Assembly (NCBI GenBank): GCA_964432505.1
Contig: CAYSNT010000001.1
Span: 1-33,805 of the forward strand
DNA length: 33,805 nt
Direction of reading: 5' to 3'
From: an uncultured Erysipelothrix sp.
Lineage (GTDB): Bacteria > Bacillota_I > Bacilli_A > Erysipelotrichales > Erysipelotrichaceae
This document shows positions 32,285 to 33,805 of the stretch, one piece after another (the stretch's first letter is position 1; every line of letters begins with the position of its first letter). A program made the translations under genes and the position numbers. Below the pieces are notes generated by a model that worked only from the letters and a program-made list of their open reading frames with translations, was not told where the DNA came from and searched no databases.

Positions 32285-33009
32285 AACTGACGTTGTCTTT
32301 TCTTGGATATCATTTTGAGGGATGGCAAAAAATGGCGCATAAGCGCACTGTACAAGAAACTCTGGAAAATGCATTTTTTCCTATTATCAAAGAGCGAGTA
32401 TGTGTGGTCGGATGTGGACGAACGGACAAACATGTGAGTGCTGATCATTATGTGGCTCACGTGGATGTCAACAAGCATTTGAGTGAAGCAGCATGGCTTA
32501 AAGCAATCAATGCTCATTGCCCAGCAGATCTTCATGTTCATGATGTAAAGATTGTGGATGACACTTTTCATGCGCGTTACAGTGTCACATCCAAACATTA
32601 TGTTTATACGATTCGTCTAAAAAATTATCAAGTTAAGCAACACATGAGTGAATATTTTCATAAATACCCATTGGATGCGATAAAAATGAAAGAAGCCGCC
32701 AAAGCATTTGTAGGGACGCATGATTTTACTGGTTTTAATGTGACACCAAAAGCACTTAAAGAAAATCAAGTGAGAACCATACAATCGTGTGAGGTGATCT
32801 TTAATGATGAAGTGATTCAGATTCATGTTAAAGGAAAAGCCTTTCTTCAATATCAAGTGCGTATGATGGTGGGGGTATTGATTGCGATTGGTTCTGGAAA
32901 AGAATCAATGACCTTCATCTCAGAGGTTCTAGAAGCAAAGCAAAAAGGCATGAGTCGATATAAAGCAGAAGCAAGAGGATTGACGCTTAAGGAGGTGTTT
33001 TATGATTAA
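32272..33009 (+). CDS. truA: tRNA pseudouridine(38-40) synthase TruA (divergent)
   Basis: The N-terminus MVRLKLTLSFLGYHFEGWQK and the catalytic block GCGRTDKHVSA match the TruA pattern. It follows ecfT as in Bacilli. The track start at 32218 is an upstream in-frame artefact inside ecfT. Confidence 0.85.
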   Translation: MVRLKLTLSFLGYHFEGWQKMAHKRTVQETLENAFFPIIKERVCVVGCGRTDKHVSADHYVAHVDVNKHLSEAAWLKAINAHCPADLHVHDVKIVDDTFHARYSVTSKHYVYTIRLKNYQVKQHMSEYFHKYPLDAIKMKEAAKAFVGTHDFTGFNVTPKALKENQVRTIQSCEVIFNDEVIQIHVKGKAFLQYQVRMMVGVLIAIGSGKESMTFISEVLEAKQKGMSRYKAEARGLTLKEVFYD

Positions 33010-33766
33010 TGGTAATTATCATACCCATACTCGCCGGTGTAAACATGCGTATGGAACTGATGAGGATTATGTTTTAGCTGCCATTGAAGCAGGATATGAT
33101 GAGTTGGCTTTTACTGATCATGCGCCATGGAATTTGATTGAGGATGAAACTGATCGCATTCGTATGCACATGAGAGAAATGAAAGAGTATGTCACTTCCA
33201 TTCGTGCTTTAAAAGAAAAATATAAAAACAAGATTAATATTCTTGTGGGATTAGAAGCTGAATTCTTTGAGTCACGCTTAAGTGAGTTAAAGGCATTGGT
33301 TGAGGAATATGACTTAGATCTTATCGTGTTAGGTAATCACTTCCACATTAAAGACAGTAATGAGACCTATTACGGTAACTATAAAGACTATCGTAATCTC
33401 TATCATGATTATTTATCAGATTCCATAAAAGCCATGAGAAGTGGGGTATATAAAATCTTCGCTCACCCAGACCTCTTTTTGAAGACGGCTAATGTGATTA
33501 ATAGCGCGACCATTGAAATGATTCATGCGTTATGTGATGTGGCCATAGAAACGAATACCATCATGGAATATAATCTTGGTGGCAAGCGATACAGGGATCA
33601 TTATCCTAATGAGACCTTCTGGAAGATTGTTGCAGAGCGTGGATGCAAAATCATTGTTGGGGTAGATGCTCATGATCCAAAGCATCTCAAAGACACAAAG
33701 ATGATGCAAGAAGCAAGAACATTTCTAATGCGTTTAAATGCTAATCTTATTACTTCATTAGACTAG
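33002..33766 (+). CDS. PHP-domain phosphoesterase, histidinol-phosphatase (HisJ/HisK) family
   Basis: It has the N-terminal NYHTHTRRCKHA metal-binding motif, then FTDHAP, GLEAEF, HPD and VGVDAHD. SD GGAGG lies upstream, and it overlaps truA by 8 nt. Confidence 0.8.
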   Translation: MINGNYHTHTRRCKHAYGTDEDYVLAAIEAGYDELAFTDHAPWNLIEDETDRIRMHMREMKEYVTSIRALKEKYKNKINILVGLEAEFFESRLSELKALVEEYDLDLIVLGNHFHIKDSNETYYGNYKDYRNLYHDYLSDSIKAMRSGVYKIFAHPDLFLKTANVINSATIEMIHALCDVAIETNTIMEYNLGGKRYRDHYPNETFWKIVAERGCKIIVGVDAHDPKHLKDTKMMQEARTFLMRLNANLITSLD

Positions 33767-33805
33767 GGATTGCATTGCCAGTATTATGATGATTAGGAAA
33801 TCTTT

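Noticed and set aside
1-33805. The possibility that this is a code-4 (TGA = Trp) Mollicute, suggested by the long RpoB, missing L30 and extended S3.
   Set aside because: All conserved genes are intact under the standard code. Trp positions use TGG, and TGA terminates adk, ecfA1 and the methyltransferase.

Overview
This window is almost entirely core housekeeping DNA from a low-GC Gram-positive bacterium (Bacillota), with every gene on the + strand. TGA serves as a stop codon and Trp is TGG, so the standard code applies. The long RpoB, missing L30, missing ybxF and extended S3 tail suggest (inference only) an Erysipelotrichia- or Acholeplasma-like lineage. Gene order is rpoB-rpoC, then the str operon (rpsL-rpsG-fusA-tuf), then a stand-alone GH13 amylosucrase-like gene. 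Next comes the contiguous S10-spc-alpha ribosomal supercluster: rpsJ through rplQ, including secY-adk-map-infA-rpmJ-rpsM-rpsK-rpoA. After it lie a family-3 SAM O-methyltransferase, a 130-aa orphan ORF, ecfA1-ecfA2-ecfT, truA and a PHP-family phosphatase. I could read sigma-A-type promoters upstream of rpoB, rpsL, tuf and rpsJ, and rho-independent terminators after tuf, the GH13 gene and rplQ. rpmJ (L36) is absent from the ORF track and was found by hand. I see no rRNA, tRNA, CRISPR array, transposase, integrase, phage gene or recognisable defence or toxin system, and nothing here supports calling a novel multi-gene system. The points worth a second look are modest. They are the orphan amylosucrase gene splitting tuf from rpsJ, a structured rpsL leader with a Shine-Dalgarno (SD) site plus mini-ORF and alternative pairings, and a long rpsJ leader. 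Also notable are two SD-less genes inserted between rplQ and ecfA1, a lineage-specific RpoB insertion with a duplicated motif, absence of rpmD, and a long charged tail on S3.
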